Part shown: positions 10,802 through 22,462 of the stretch, in pieces
Numbering within the stretch: position 1 is the stretch's first letter
Layout of the letters: the number at the start of each line of letters is the position of its first letter
Source of the DNA: an uncultured delta proteobacterium
Lineage (GTDB): Bacteria > Desulfobacterota > Desulfobacteria > Desulfobacterales > JAFDCJ01
Direction: 5' to 3'
Assembly: GCA_963769935.1 (NCBI GenBank)
Contig: CAVYNY010000035.1
Location: forward strand, 32,001-96,000
Length of the DNA stretch: 64,000 nt
The notes under the pieces: model-generated
Database searches by the model: none
Seen by the model: the letters and a program-made list of their open reading frames with translations, nothing else
What the model was told of the DNA's origin: nothing
Made by a program: the position numbers and the translations under genes

Positions 10802-11116
10802 TCACCCCCGCATGTCACTGGCCGCGTCGGCGTCCAGGGTCCGCAGGCCGCGGTAAAGCTGGAGCACCAGCGCCAGGCCGACGGAAACTTCGGCTGCGGC
10901 CATGCACAAAATGTAGATAAACATCACCTGCCCGTCGGCCGATTCCCAGCGCGAGCCGGCGACGATGAACGCCAGCCCGGCGGCATTCAACATGATTTCG
11001 ATGCTAAACAGAACAAAAATAATGTTGCGGCGCACGAGAACCCCGCTGAGCCCCAGCATAAAAAGGACTCCCGCCAGAATCAGCCCATGGGTTACCGGTA
11101 TCGAGGCCATGATCAT
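10802..11116 (-). CDS. nuoK: NADH:quinone oxidoreductase subunit K
   Basis: [16 protein letters not shown] and [11 protein letters not shown]; three TM helices. Confidence 0.95.
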   Translation of the reverse strand: MIMASIPVTHGLILAGVLFMLGLSGVLVRRNIIFVLFSIEIMLNAAGLAFIVAGSRWESADGQVMFIYILCMAAAEVSVGLALVLQLYRGLRTLDADAASDMRG

Positions 11117-11625
11117 TCTCCTTCTCGATGCGGCCCGGTTGGGGGGCGCAGCCCGAGGTGATAAGCACCCACCAGACCGGCCAGCAGCAGCATGGATGCA
11201 AGTTCCACGCCCAGCAGGTATGGACCAAAAAGTGTTGCACCCAGCTGTTGGGCTCCCACCACCTTCCCGCCGACTGAAGAGGGCACCCCTGCGATAATAT
11301 AGATCAGCTCAGCCAGCAGAACGGTAGCCAGCAGGGATGGGCCCAGCCACATCTTCGGGCGCAGCCAGCTTCTCTCCTGCTTAAGTGCGGCGGGACCCCG
11401 GTTGAGCAGCATGACGACGAACACAAAGAGCACCATGATGGCGCCGGCATAAATGATGATTTCCAGGGCGGCGGCAAACTGGGCGCCCAGCGTATAAAAG
11501 ATCACCGCCACGGCCAACAGGGAAATGATCAAATATATCAGGGCGTGAACCGCATTCAACCGGGTGATCACCATCAGGGTGGAAACAATGGCGATCCCGG
11601 CCGATACATAAAATACTACCTTCAT
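11113..11625 (-). CDS. nuoJ: NADH:quinone oxidoreductase subunit J
   Basis: [21 protein letters not shown] and [19 protein letters not shown]. Confidence 0.95.
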   Translation of the reverse strand: MKVVFYVSAGIAIVSTLMVITRLNAVHALIYLIISLLAVAVIFYTLGAQFAAALEIIIYAGAIMVLFVFVVMLLNRGPAALKQERSWLRPKMWLGPSLLATVLLAELIYIIAGVPSSVGGKVVGAQQLGATLFGPYLLGVELASMLLLAGLVGAYHLGLRPPTGPHREGE

Positions 11626-11761
11626 CCATGACTCCTTTATGGAAGTGTCTAATGTCTGATTGACTAATGTCGAATGAATGTTTTCCTTGTCTATTTATAA
11701 GAAAGAATGAGCGCAGCGAAACCATCATTCGACAATTGACATTCGTCATTTGTCATTCTCT

Positions 11762-12277
11762 TCAGGGCAGCAGACTGTGCACATCCACCGGCGGCGCTTC
11801 GTTTTCCGCCTCCCCCTTGTCCTTGCCGCCGATGGCCAAGCCGGCCACCCGGTAAAAGTTGTAAGCGGGGTGCTTGCCGGGGCCGCTGATCAGCAGGTCT
11901 TCTTTTTCGTAGACCATATTCTGGCGGTTGTATTCGGCATATTCAAAATCCGGCGTCAGTTGAATCGCATCCGTCGGGCAGGCCTCCTCGCAGAACCCGC
12001 ACAGAATACAGCGCGAAAAATTAATGCGAAAGAACTCGGGATAGCGCCGGCCGTGCTCATCTTCGGTAGCCTGCAGCGCGATGCAGTCCACCGGACAGGC
12101 CACCGCGCAAAGGTAGCAGGCCACGCAGCGCTCTTCGCCGTCCGGGTCGCGCGAGAGAATGATCCGCCCCCTGAATCTGGGCGGCAGCGGGATCTTTTCT
12201 TCCGGATACTGAACCGTCACCGGCCGTCGGAATGTGTGCTGCAAAATCATCCAAATTGTTTTTAGATTGCTTAGCAT
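11762..12277 (-). CDS. nuoI: NADH:quinone oxidoreductase subunit I
   Basis: Two 4Fe-4S motifs, [12 protein letters not shown] and [19 protein letters not shown]. Confidence 0.96.
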   Translation of the reverse strand: MLSNLKTIWMILQHTFRRPVTVQYPEEKIPLPPRFRGRIILSRDPDGEERCVACYLCAVACPVDCIALQATEDEHGRRYPEFFRINFSRCILCGFCEEACPTDAIQLTPDFEYAEYNRQNMVYEKEDLLISGPGKHPAYNFYRVAGLAIGGKDKGEAENEAPPVDVHSLLP

Positions 12278-12568
12278 GGTATTTGATATTTGTTATGGGT
12301 TAATGCCTAAAGTGATCTAAAATGTCTAAAATGCCTAAAATTGTGGTTTCGCTATGCTCAGTCTATTTACAAAATAGAATACTCTTATTGACGTGAGGTA
12401 CGAAAGCCACCATTGCGTTTATTATTTATACAGGCTTTTCGGCTTCCCGGCCTCCCAGCTTTCCCGCATTTAATTTCTTTCTTCGTATCCTGCCTCTGAC
12501 CTCTGTCCTCCGTCATCTGTCTTCTGACACCTGAAACCTTCTGTTTCAAATAACCAATCAACCAATAA

Positions 12569-13525
12569 CTACTTAGCGAACGTCAGCACCAGCGCGCCGG
12601 TGACGAGCAAATTCAACAGCGTCAGCGGCAGCAGCAGCTTCCAGCCGAATGCCATCAGCTGATCGTACCGCGGCCGCGGCAGTGAAGCCCGGAACAGGAT
12701 AAAAAGACAGATGAATATAAAGGTTTTGATCAAGAACCAGACGATCGGCGGCAGCACGGGGCCGAGCCAACCGCCGAAGAAAAGCGTTGTCATCATGGCC
12801 GAGATCAAGGTGATGCCCAGATATTCACCGACAAAAAACATGCCGAACTTCATCCCGGAATATTCGCTGTGATAGCCGGCTACCAATTCGCTCTCGGCCT
12901 CCGGCAGATCAAACGGCAGCCGGTGGCTTTCGGCCAGACCGGCTATCAAAAAAATCAGAAACCCCAAAAACTGCGGGATACAAAACCACATCCGCGACTG
13001 GGCGGCGACGATAACGCGCAGATCGAACGATCCGGCCATTATAACCACCCCCATCAAAGACAGACCCATGAAGACTTCATAGCTCAGCAGCTGGGCCGCG
13101 GCCCGGATGCCGCCCAGCAGCGGGTATTTGCTCTGAGAGGACCATCCGCCCAGGACGACGCTGTAAACGCTCAGCGAAGACATCGCCAGAAAAAAGAGCA
13201 GACCGATGTTGAGATCCGCCACCTGGATAACCGGGGTGTAGGGAATGACGGCAAAAACCATCAGCATCGTGATCACCACCACGGCCGGTGCCAGCACAAA
13301 CACGGGTTTATCGGCAAAGGGCGGAATCCAATCTTCTTTAAAGAAGATCTTGATTCCGTCGGCCACCACCTGCAGCAGACCGAACGGACCGGCACGGTTG
13401 GGTCCGTACCGATCCTGCCACAGCCCCAGCAGCCGTCTTTCCAGCCAAATCAGACCGGCGCTGACGGTCAACGCCGCGATCAGCACGCAGATGATCGTAA
13501 CCAGCGACCACAGAATCTCAATCAT
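12569..13525 (-). CDS. nuoH: NADH:quinone oxidoreductase subunit H
   Basis: [45 protein letters not shown]. Confidence 0.96.
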   Translation of the reverse strand: MIEILWSLVTIICVLIAALTVSAGLIWLERRLLGLWQDRYGPNRAGPFGLLQVVADGIKIFFKEDWIPPFADKPVFVLAPAVVVITMLMVFAVIPYTPVIQVADLNIGLLFFLAMSSLSVYSVVLGGWSSQSKYPLLGGIRAAAQLLSYEVFMGLSLMGVVIMAGSFDLRVIVAAQSRMWFCIPQFLGFLIFLIAGLAESHRLPFDLPEAESELVAGYHSEYSGMKFGMFFVGEYLGITLISAMMTTLFFGGWLGPVLPPIVWFLIKTFIFICLFILFRASLPRPRYDQLMAFGWKLLLPLTLLNLLVTGALVLTFAK

Positions 13526-16233
13526 GATCGTGCCCCCTAAAAATCCTTGCGAAAACCGGCAGGTTGAACCCCGGCCAGCCCGGCAAACCGACCGGCATCC
13601 CGGCGACCCGGCGGGGTAAAGACGGCATCAGCCGGACCGGCAGCCGATGGCGCCCGGAATCCCATGTGACTTCGACCTCCTCGCCGGCGGCGGTCCCAAG
13701 TTCGGCGGCATCTTCCGCATTCAGGGCCAGATACGGCTGCGGGGACCGCCCGGCCACGCCCGGCGACGCCACGCTCAGCTCTTCGGAGCCGAAGATGTGA
13801 TGTACGGCCACCAGGATCCACTCGCCGTCGGACGGCTTGGCGGATGGAATCTCTTTGAAATATGATATTGTCGCATCCGGCGCGGGCTCGATCAGGCGCC
13901 GGCCCGGATCGCCGCCGCGCAGCGGACCGCCGATTTCAGCCTGAAACTTGTTGAGAGCCTGCACCGAATTCCAGCCCGGATCCCAGAAGCGTTGGATGAG
14001 GTCCGCCGGAGGCCGGCCGTCATAGCCTTCCATCGAGAAGGCCAGCGGCGAATCGGCGATCTGCGGGCGGCTGCGGCTCGTGCACGCTGATATCGGCAAA
14101 CATGGCAGTCCGCCCGCTGTAACGATGCGACTGGCGGGGGATCTTCGAGCCCATTTCCCGAAACCCGGCCGGCGGGGCGGCCAGCAGGATGGGATCAAAG
14201 ATCGGCAGGGCTTCAACCAGGGCCGCGACCATATCGTCAAGCTGGCGCCAACCCTCGGCGACGGTATTTCCGGCAGCCGTCATCATCTTCTGCATCCAGC
14301 GCCAGCTCTCGCGAACTTCGCCGGCCGGCACAAAAACACGGTAGAAACGCTGGGCGCGGCCCTCGTTGTTCACTACCGTGCCGGAGGCCTCGGCGAAAGT
14401 GGCGGCCGGAAGTACCAACTCGGCTCTATCGCTGGTGGCGGTCGTCAAATGATCGATGACGATAATATGTTGGGCGGCTTCAAACAGGGCATTGACGACG
14501 GCGGCATCCGCCCGTCGGTATAAATCGTTTTCCAATATGATGACTGTATCCGCTTGCCCGCTCTGAACAATATCCACGACCGTCTTCAGGCTTTGGGCAT
14601 CCATCAGCGCAGTTCCCATGCTGTTGCACTCCGGCAGTGTGAAGCATAGCTGCGCCGGGCGGCCCTGCGCACACAGCGCCCAGGCGATATTGGCGGCTGC
14701 TTGCAGCAGTGCTTCGCTGCCGCAGCCGGTGCCGGTGACAACCAGCGGCCGCTCGGCGTCCGCCAGGGTGCGGGCAATTTCTTCGGCCAGGGCGCCGACC
14801 TGAGCCGGCAAGTCCGGCACCGCCGGAGCTTCGGGCCTTAACGCCGCGGCGACTGCGAATCCCAGGCGAATCAGGTCGTCGGGCGCCGCGTGCCAGGTCT
14901 TGAAGGCGGCATCGTCAAGCCGGGTGCCGTGGGGGGTGGCGATAAAAAGCATCTCCTTTTCGTCCTGAACCACCTCGCGGATGCCGGCGTCATTCCAGCG
15001 GGGCAGCTTCACCCGTTCGGCGACCTTGGCCGCTTTGCGGTGTACCAGCTGGCGCAGCGCCAGCGCCAGCAGCGGTGCGGTATTGACAACATCTTCACCC
15101 AGTACCAAAACCGCATCGGCCCGGCTGACATCGTTTAAGGACGGCGAGCGCGCCGGCCCCTGCTGCAGGATTCGCAGGGCCGCGGTCACCAGTCGGTCAT
15201 CGCCTGCCGACATGCCCGCACAGAACCGCTCGCTCCCGACCAGCGCCCGCAATGCAAAATTGGCCTCCAGCGAAGCCCGCGGGGAACCGATGCCGACAAC
15301 CCGGCTGCCGTCGGCCAGCCAGGAGGCCACCTGCGGCCGCAGCATCTCCCAGGAAACCGGCTGCAGCGTATGGCCGTTGCGGAGCAGAGGCTCGCGGATG
15401 CGCCGCTCGCAGTTAACGAATTCGTAGCCATACCGGCCGCGGTCGCACAGAAAATAGCCGTTGATCTCATGGTGATAGCGATTGCGAATCCGGCGCAGCC
15501 TGCCGTAGCGTTCGCCCGGTATGGTGTTGCAGCCCAGGCTGCAGTGCATGCAGACCGACGGGGCGGTTTGCAAATCCCATTTGCGGGTGAAATGCTTTTT
15601 TTCGGTTTTATCGGTAAACACGCCGGTGGGGCATATTTCGACCAGATTGCCGCTGAATTCGTTTTCCAGCGGGCCGGGCTGCTGACGACCGAAATACACA
15701 TGATCATGGCAGCCAAAGACATTTAAATCGCGCCCGCCCGCATAGTTATGATAAAATCGAACACAGCGGTAGCACTGGATGCAGCGGTTCATTTCATGAT
15801 TGATGAAGGGCCCCAGGTCCTGATTGCGGTGGGTCCGCTTTTCGAAGCGGTATTCCCGATAGTTATGGCCGGTCATCACGGTCATGTCCTGCAGATGGCA
15901 TTCCCCGCCTTCATCGCAGACCGGGCAGTCATGGGGATGATTGACCATCAGCCATTCGATCACAGCGGCCCGGAATTCTTTGGCCTCCGGGTCGTCGATG
16001 GAAATGCGCGTCCCGTCGTCAGCCGGGGTCATGCAGGCCATCACGATTTCACCGCGCGCATCCTTTTCATCTTTGAAGCGCTTGACCGCGCATTGCCGGC
16101 AGGCGCCCACGGAGTTCAAGGCCGGGTGCCAGCAAAAATACGGCACGTCAAAGCCCAGGCCCAGGCAGGCCTGGAGCAGATTCTGTCCCTCTTCGATTTC
16201 ATACGGCCGGCCGTCTATGTAAATGGTTGCCAT
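13518..16233 (-). CDS. nuoG: NADH:quinone oxidoreductase subunit G (long E. coli type); one +1 frameshift at ~14055-14058
   Basis: N1b (CWHP...ACRQC), N5 (HPHDCPVC...C), N4 (CIQCYRC) and N7 (CMHCSLGC) motifs. The reading ...HEPQPPAD[extra base][11 protein letters not shown] continues in ORF 13518..14240. Confidence 0.92.
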
Positions 16234-16236
16234 CGA

Positions 16237-17512
16237 TTATCTCCACGGGCAGCGTTTTTCGCGAATATGGCGTTTGAAGTCTTCCTCGAAATACTTCAGG
16301 GCACTCTGCAGCGGTTCCATGGCGCCGGGCGCCAGGGCGCAAAAAGTATGTCCCGGTCCCAGCAGGCGGGTGTGCCGCTGCAGCCGCGCCAAATCCTCCG
16401 GCTGTCCCTGTCCGGTTTCAATCGCCGCCAGGATGCGGGCCGTCCAAGGCAGTCCTTCCCGGCAGGGCGTGCACCAGCCGCAGGACTCCCGGGCAAAAAA
16501 TCGCATCAGGTTATGCACCAGGCCGACCGGGCAGGTTTGGTCGTCCATCACCACGATAGTACCGGTGCCCAGCCGGCTGCCGGCCTGCTTTGGGCCATCG
16601 AAATCCATTTTGACATCCAGGTGGGTTTCCACCAGAAAATCCGTTGAGCCGCCGCCGGGGATCACCCCCCGCAATTTAAGCCCTTCGCGCATACCGCCGG
16701 CATGTGCTTCCAGTATTTCCCGCAGGGTGGTTCCCATCGGCAGTTCCCAGGCACCCGGGCGCTTGACTTTGCCGCTCACTCCGTAGATCTTGGTGCCGCC
16801 GTCCGGGCTGTGGCTCAGGCCTTTGAACCAGGCGGCGCCGTGATTGATGAATGTGGGGTACGTTGGAGATGGTCTCGACATTGTTGGGTGTGGTGGGCTT
16901 GCCCCAGAGCCCGACGACCGGAGGAAACGGCGGTTTGGCACGGGGGGCGGCCCGCCGGCCTTCCAATGAATTGAGCAGGGCGGTTTCCTCGCCGCAAATA
17001 TAGCGGCCGGCACTCTCATGCAGGTAAAGCTCCAGACTGTAGTCGGATCCCAGAATGTTTTGGCCGAGGTAGTGGCCGGCGTAGGCCTCGGCAATCGCTG
17101 TTTTCAGGCATTTTGCCGGCCGGGTGTACTCGCGGCGCAAAAAAATGTAGGCAATATCGGCCTGAATGGCATACCCGGCGACGATGATCCCCTCGATCAG
17201 CTGATGCGGGTCGCCTTCAAGCAGCATCCGGTCCTTAAAGGCGGCGGGCTCCATCTCATCGGCATTGACCACCAGGTACCTGGGCCGGATCGCATCGGCT
17301 CCCGTGGGCGCAAAGCTCCATTTCTGACCGGTCGGGAAACCGGCGCCGCCCCGCCCCCGCAAATTCGATGCTTTGACCATGTCGGTTACGTCGCCGGGGG
17401 TCAGGCTGTCCAGCGCTTTGCGCACGGCCTGGTAGCCGCCGGCCTGTTCGTACTCCTTTAGGCTGAACGGCGGCTTTCCGGGTCGAATATTGGCTGTGAG
17501 GGGCTGTTCCAT
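16237..17512 (-). CDS. nuoF: NADH:quinone oxidoreductase subunit F; one +1 frameshift at ~16849-16852
   Basis: RGRGGAGFPTG, NADEMEP and AGRYICGEETAL in one frame; INHGAAWF...ESCGWCTPCREG...FCALAPGA in the next frame. Confidence 0.92.
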
Positions 17513-17660
17513 AAGATTTATATTCTACAATTTTTGGCCTGATAGGTGTTCATCCGACAGCATGTCGTCCGGAACCTGACACCTGAAACCTTGAGCGTGC
17601 CTTGGCTGTAAATTTACTGCACCGGCAGCGCCCCGTCCCGCGCATTTTTTTGAATGGGGC

Positions 17661-18137
17661 CTATGTTCCCGGCTTCGTGTAGTTCGCCAGGATTTCGTCT
17701 ATTTTAGCCGGGTCCAGATTGCCGTATAGTTCATCGTCGATCATCATGGCCGGCGCCTGATCGCAGGCGCCCAGACAGACAATCGGCAGCAGGGTGAAAA
17801 CGCCGTCGGCAGTGGTCTCCCCTAAAACAATGCCCAGACGTTCCTGCAGGTGTTGGAGGATGCGCTCGTAGCCCATGATCCAGCAGCTCACGCTGTCGCA
17901 CACCAATATGACATGTTTGCCCACGGGTTTGCGAAAAATAAGGTTGTAAAATGTTGCGACCGCATCCAATTCAGCAGGCGTCATTTCCAGAAATTCAGCG
18001 ACCGCAATGAGGACCGCGTCGGAAACCCAGCCGCGATGCCGCTGAACAATTTTCAACGCTTCCACGCAGGCAGCGCGTTTTTGTTCGTAGCGGGGAAATT
18101 CGGCTTCGATTTCTTTTTTTTCTTCGGTAGTGAGCAT
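17661..18137 (-). CDS. nuoE: NADH:quinone oxidoreductase subunit E
   Basis: VATFY; 2Fe-2S ligands CDSVSC and CLGACDQAP. Confidence 0.95.
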   Translation of the reverse strand: MLTTEEKKEIEAEFPRYEQKRAACVEALKIVQRHRGWVSDAVLIAVAEFLEMTPAELDAVATFYNLIFRKPVGKHVILVCDSVSCWIMGYERILQHLQERLGIVLGETTADGVFTLLPIVCLGACDQAPAMMIDDELYGNLDPAKIDEILANYTKPGT

Positions 18138-18341
18138 TTATGTTTTCTGGGTCCCGGGTTCAGGGTTCAAGGTTTGGGGCTTCGCCCTTCGGGCTACGAC
18201 CCCACAAGCAGGGTTCAGGGTAAAGGTTTCAGGTTCAGGTTTCAGGTGTCAGGCAAAGATAAAGGATAAAGGCTAAAGGAAAAAGGTTAAAGGCTGGAGA
18301 TGAACGGTCGCGAAGTAACCGAAATTTTCCGGGCAATTTAG

Positions 18342-18493
18342 CCTCCCGGCCTTCCAGCTTCTCACCTTCTGATCTTCTCACCTTCTGCTCTTCCCAACTT
18401 CTCAACTTCTTAACTTCTCAACTTCACATCTTCTTATCTTCTGCTCTTCTCAACTTCTTATCTTCTAATCTTTTCACCTTCCCAACTTCTGTC
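18342..18493. repeat. Degenerate octamer tandem array (CTTCTNNN-like; 17 units at 18358-18493 plus 2 degenerate units)
   Basis: Read unit by unit: cttctcac cttctgat cttctcac cttctgct cttcccaa cttctcaa ... Confidence 0.9.
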
Positions 18494-18495
18494 CC

Positions 18496-20260
18496 TTAGC
18501 GGTCGCAATCGGCCATGACATAATCAATGTTGCCCAGAATCGCCAATAGATCGGGCACCATCAGGCCCCGGCAGATCTGCGGGATCATCTGCAGGTGCGC
18601 AAAAGACGGCGTCCGGATTCGAACGCGGTAGGCATGAATGCCCCCGTCGCTGATCAGATAATAGCTGTTGTTGCCCTTGGTGGCCTCGACAATAACACAG
18701 GCCTCACCGGCCGGTATGACCGGTCCCCAGCTGACCCCCAGAAAATGGTTGATGAGGGTTTCGATATCGTGCAAGGTCCGCTCCCGCAGCGGGGGAGTGG
18801 TCAGGGGGTGATGGGCTTTGTAGGGGCCGGCGGGCATGTTTTTTAAACACTGTTGGATGATGCGAAGGCTCTGTCGCATTTCCTCGACGCGCACCAGGGC
18901 CCGGTCATAGCAATCACCGTGAACGGCCGTGGGAATGTCGAATTCGAACTGCTCATAGCCGCAATACGGCATTTGTTTGCGAAAATCCCACTCCAGACCG
19001 CAAGCCCGCAAACCGGGTCCGGTCACCCCCCAGTCGGCGGCCTCATCCAACGTGTAAGATCCGATACCCTGGGTGCGTTCTTTGAAAATGCGGTTTTGCA
19101 TCACCATTTTGTCATACTCTTTTAAGCGGCGCGACATATAGGGTAAAAAATCCTCCAGCATCTTGTCCCAACCGTTGGGCAGATCCTGGGCCAGCCCGCC
19201 GATGCGAAACCAGCTGGGATGCATGCGGCCGCCGGTAATGGCGCTGACGATGTCAAAGGCCCGCTCGCGGTCATTGAACATGAAAAATACCGGGGAGAGC
19301 ATGCCGACATCCTGGGCAAAAGTGCCGTACCAGACCAGATGGCTGATGATGCGGAACAGCTCGACCATCATGACCCGGATCACTTTAACCCGGTCGGGGA
19401 CCTCGATTCCGGCCAACTTCTCCGCGGCCAGAACATAGGGCAGATTGTTCATTACCCCGCCCAGATAGTCTATCCGATCGGTATAGGGAATAAACGTGTG
19501 CCAGGTTTGGCGTTCGCCCATTTTTTCAGCGCCCCGATGGTGAAAGCCGATTTCCGGCACCGCATCGACGATCTCCTCCCCGTCCAGCTGTAAAAGGATG
19601 CGAAATACCCCGTGGGTGCCAGGGTGTTGGGGCCCCAGGTTGAGAAACATCAGGTCCGTCTCCTCACCCTGATCCTGCAGGCCCCATTCCTCCGGGCGAA
19701 ACCGCATGGCTTTCTCCTCCCGGATCAGCTTGTCTTCGGGCATACGGAAAGGTCCCATCTCGGTTGCCCGGGCCGGATGTTCTTTGCGCAGGGGATGGCC
19801 CTCCCAGGTAGGCGGCAGCAAAATACGCCGCAGATGCGGATGGCCTTCGAAGGTGATGCCGAACATGTCCCAGACTTCGCGTTCATACCAGTTGGCCGAT
19901 GACCAGATATCCGTGACCGTGGCCAGGGAGGGGTATTCACTTTCAAGCGGGACTTTGATCCGGATCACGAGGTTGCGATCGAAAGAGAGCAGATGGTAGA
20001 CCAGGCTGAAGTCGCTCTTGGGCTGGTCCCGGCGATGGACCCGGCGTGCGCTCGTCGACGGCGGTGAGGTCATATAGCATCGGGAAGGGCTGAGGGGCTT
20101 TGTGCTTGAGATAATGCAGTACGGCATGGATTTGATCCTGCGAAACCCAGACCGTCGGGATCTCGTCCCGACAAGGCTGCGCCATGAGAATGCCGCTGTC
20201 GAACTTCTGCTGCAATTCCTGCAAGAGGTCGGGCTCAAGGATGTTGGATGAATTGCTCAT
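18496..20260 (-). CDS. nuoCD: Fused NADH:quinone oxidoreductase subunit C/D; one +1 frameshift at ~20041-20044
   Basis: N-terminus MSNSSN...[12 protein letters not shown] continues after one extra C as RVHRR...[14 protein letters not shown]...[11 protein letters not shown]...[10 protein letters not shown]. Confidence 0.92.
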
Positions 20261-20293
20261 AGCGATTCCGGTTGCTCCCAAACGTTGCCGCGG

Positions 20294-20929
20294 TCAGATT
20301 TCATCCGGGGAGCGCAGCGTTGTTGTCTTGCGCCGTTCGTCTCTTTTCAAATCCCGCATGGAGGGCAGGGGCGATTTGCGGGTTTCTTGAGGCCCGACCA
20401 CCCAGCTCAACGGACGCCGTTCCTGCCCGACTGCCTCCTGGAGCAAATCCAAGCCGTGCATGAAGGCCCCGGGACTCGGCGGGCAGCCCGGCACGTAAAC
20501 ATCCACCCCCAAAATCTTGTCCACGCCCTGGACTACGCTGTAAATATCGTACATGCCGCCGGAGTTGGAACACGACCCCATGGAGATGACCCAGCGCGGC
20601 TCCATCATCTGTTCATACAGCCGCAGGATGAGCGGAGCGCACTTGACAAACGGGGTGCCGGCAATGATCATCAGGTCGGCTTCACGCGGCGTGCCCCGAA
20701 TGACTTCGGCCCCGAAACGGGCGATGTCATAACGGCTGGTTAAACTGGTGGCCATCTCCACGTAGCAGCACGACAGGCCGAAATTAAACGGCCAGAGGGA
20801 ATACTTGCGTCCCCAGGCCACAATGTCCTGCAACCCTGTAAATATCAGGCTGCGGCCGACGGCATCCTCGAGCGATTCAACCCTGCTGACCGGTAATAAC
20901 CTGTGTTTGCGGCTCGACCACCACCCCAT
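20294..20929 (-). CDS. nuoB: NADH:quinone oxidoreductase subunit B
   Basis: [20 protein letters not shown] and YVPGCPP (N2 cluster ligands). Confidence 0.96.
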   Translation of the reverse strand: MGWWSSRKHRLLPVSRVESLEDAVGRSLIFTGLQDIVAWGRKYSLWPFNFGLSCCYVEMATSLTSRYDIARFGAEVIRGTPREADLMIIAGTPFVKCAPLILRLYEQMMEPRWVISMGSCSNSGGMYDIYSVVQGVDKILGVDVYVPGCPPSPGAFMHGLDLLQEAVGQERRPLSWVVGPQETRKSPLPSMRDLKRDERRKTTTLRSPDEI

Positions 20930-20947
20930 TTTCCAACCGGCTCCTTT

Positions 20948-21382
20948 CTAACGCTGCCCTTTGATATAGTTTTCCAGCTCTTCGATGATGAATTCTTTAT
21001 AGTCGATAATACTCTTGACGATATCGCCGATCGAAACAAGGCCGACCACCTTGCCTTCTTCGACTACCGGCAAATGACGGACATGTTTGTCGGTGAAAAG
21101 TTCCATGCACTCTTCAATATCGTCATCCGGGTGGACGGCAACGACCTCGGTGGTCATAATTTCTCTGACGGCGGTTTCCTTTGAAAACTTGCCCTTCAAA
21201 ATGGTTTTGCGGGAATAATCGCGTTCTGAAATCAGACCGACCAGATCGTCTCCGACGAAAACCAACATGGCGCCCACATTCTTTTCGGCCATCTGTTTGA
21301 GAGCTTCATAAACGGTGGCATCCGGAGAAATAGAGTAGACTTTCGATCCCTTGACGCGCAGAATATCTTTGACGGTCCTCAT
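20948..21382 (-). CDS. Tandem CBS-domain protein inside the nuo operon
   Basis: KNVGAMLV...VGLISERDY and HVRHLPVVEEGKVVGLVSIGDIVK form a CBS pair; upstream GAGG RBS. Confidence 0.9.
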   Translation of the reverse strand: MRTVKDILRVKGSKVYSISPDATVYEALKQMAEKNVGAMLVFVGDDLVGLISERDYSRKTILKGKFSKETAVREIMTTEVVAVHPDDDIEECMELFTDKHVRHLPVVEEGKVVGLVSIGDIVKSIIDYKEFIIEELENYIKGQR

Positions 21383-21431
21383 AACTCAATGTCTTTCCTC
21401 AAGTCTTATAGCCAGCGGCCAAGGTCCGGGC

Positions 21432-21857
21432 TCAAACGAGCTGCCTCTCCCGGATCTTTTGCGCCTCTTTTTTTTGCCTAAAGGTCCTCCATTCAAGGGC
21501 ACCCACGCGCCAAAGATAGAAGAGTGCTGCCAGGAGAATGCCTATAAATATCGAAATCTCGATGTATCCGATCCAGCCCAGCTCGCGGACGCCAACCGAC
21601 CAGACCAGGATGAATACGGATTCCAGGTCGAAGATGACGAAAAACATTGCCATCAGGTAGAACTTGGCGGCAAAGCGGACCCGGGCGGTTCCGGTTGAAA
21701 CCAGGCCGCATTCATAAATTTCGTCCGACGCCCGGCTGCGATGGCGCTGGCCGAGAATAAATGACAAGGCCAGAATAAACATTACCAACAAAAGGGTTAA
21801 AATGAAAAAAACGGCGAGGGGCCACATCACGGGATTGGAAATTTCCGACGTGTTCAA
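21432..21857 (-). CDS. nuoA: NADH:quinone oxidoreductase subunit A
   Basis: YECG, KFYLMAMFFVIFDLE, GALEW; TTG start with AGGAGG upstream. Confidence 0.94.
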   Translation of the reverse strand: MNTSEISNPVMWPLAVFFILTLLLVMFILALSFILGQRHRSRASDEIYECGLVSTGTARVRFAAKFYLMAMFFVIFDLESVFILVWSVGVRELGWIGYIEISIFIGILLAALFYLWRVGALEWRTFRQKKEAQKIRERQLV

Positions 21858-22177
21858 TGCGCATTGCCTCCTGTCGCCAATGGGGGTCTATCGGTTATTT
21901 GCGACCGTTGCCAGTGAATGGTTGGATTGCGTGCCCTTCAGAATCGCATGAATCGGCTTACTATGCAAAAATGTCTGAAAATTAGCAATGGGGTATATCC
22001 TGTATTTAACGAATAAAAACAAGGTATGTGTTGCCGCGTTTCTTCACCCGTTAGGTTCTATCGGCCACCCGCTGAACTTCTGCTTGCACCGTCTGGTATG
22101 CGTTGCCGTCTGAAATCAGAAAAACCGGACTGAATATTTGGATCCGGCGGCTGATTGGACAACCGAATGTTTTCAAT

Positions 22178-22221
22178 TTAATTATCCGAAAATCAGAGGG
22201 TTAATTATCCGAAAATCAGAG
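22178..22221. repeat. Perfect 21-bp tandem direct repeat TTAATTATCCGAAAATCAGAG (23-bp period) in the divergent nuo/cyo promoter region
   Basis: Copies read directly at 22178-22198 and 22201-22221. Confidence 0.9.
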
Positions 22222-22462
22222 TGCTTTGCCTGCAGAAACATACGCCGGATTTCTACCATCAATTTTAATGCCAAATACCGATTTGACCCTATTGAAACGA
22301 AAATTAATGAGATCTAAATTGAGCTGCCATTTGATACCCGGGCTGTAGCAATAGCTGCTCGATCAATGAAATTTAAGTCATCAACCAATAATCGATTGTT
22401 AGGAGAAGGAACAGAGCATTATCATCGATTTACAGTAATCGGTATGAGGAAAGGCGCAAATC

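Noticed and set aside
18138..18495. Repeat tracts as a CRISPR array
   Set aside because: Units are 7-8 bp and contiguous, with no spacers and no cas genes.
13518..20260. Programmed frameshifting or pseudogenes in nuoG, nuoF and nuoCD
   Set aside because: There are no slippery heptamers at the sites, and the same +1 pattern occurs in unrelated genes, so sequencing error is more likely.
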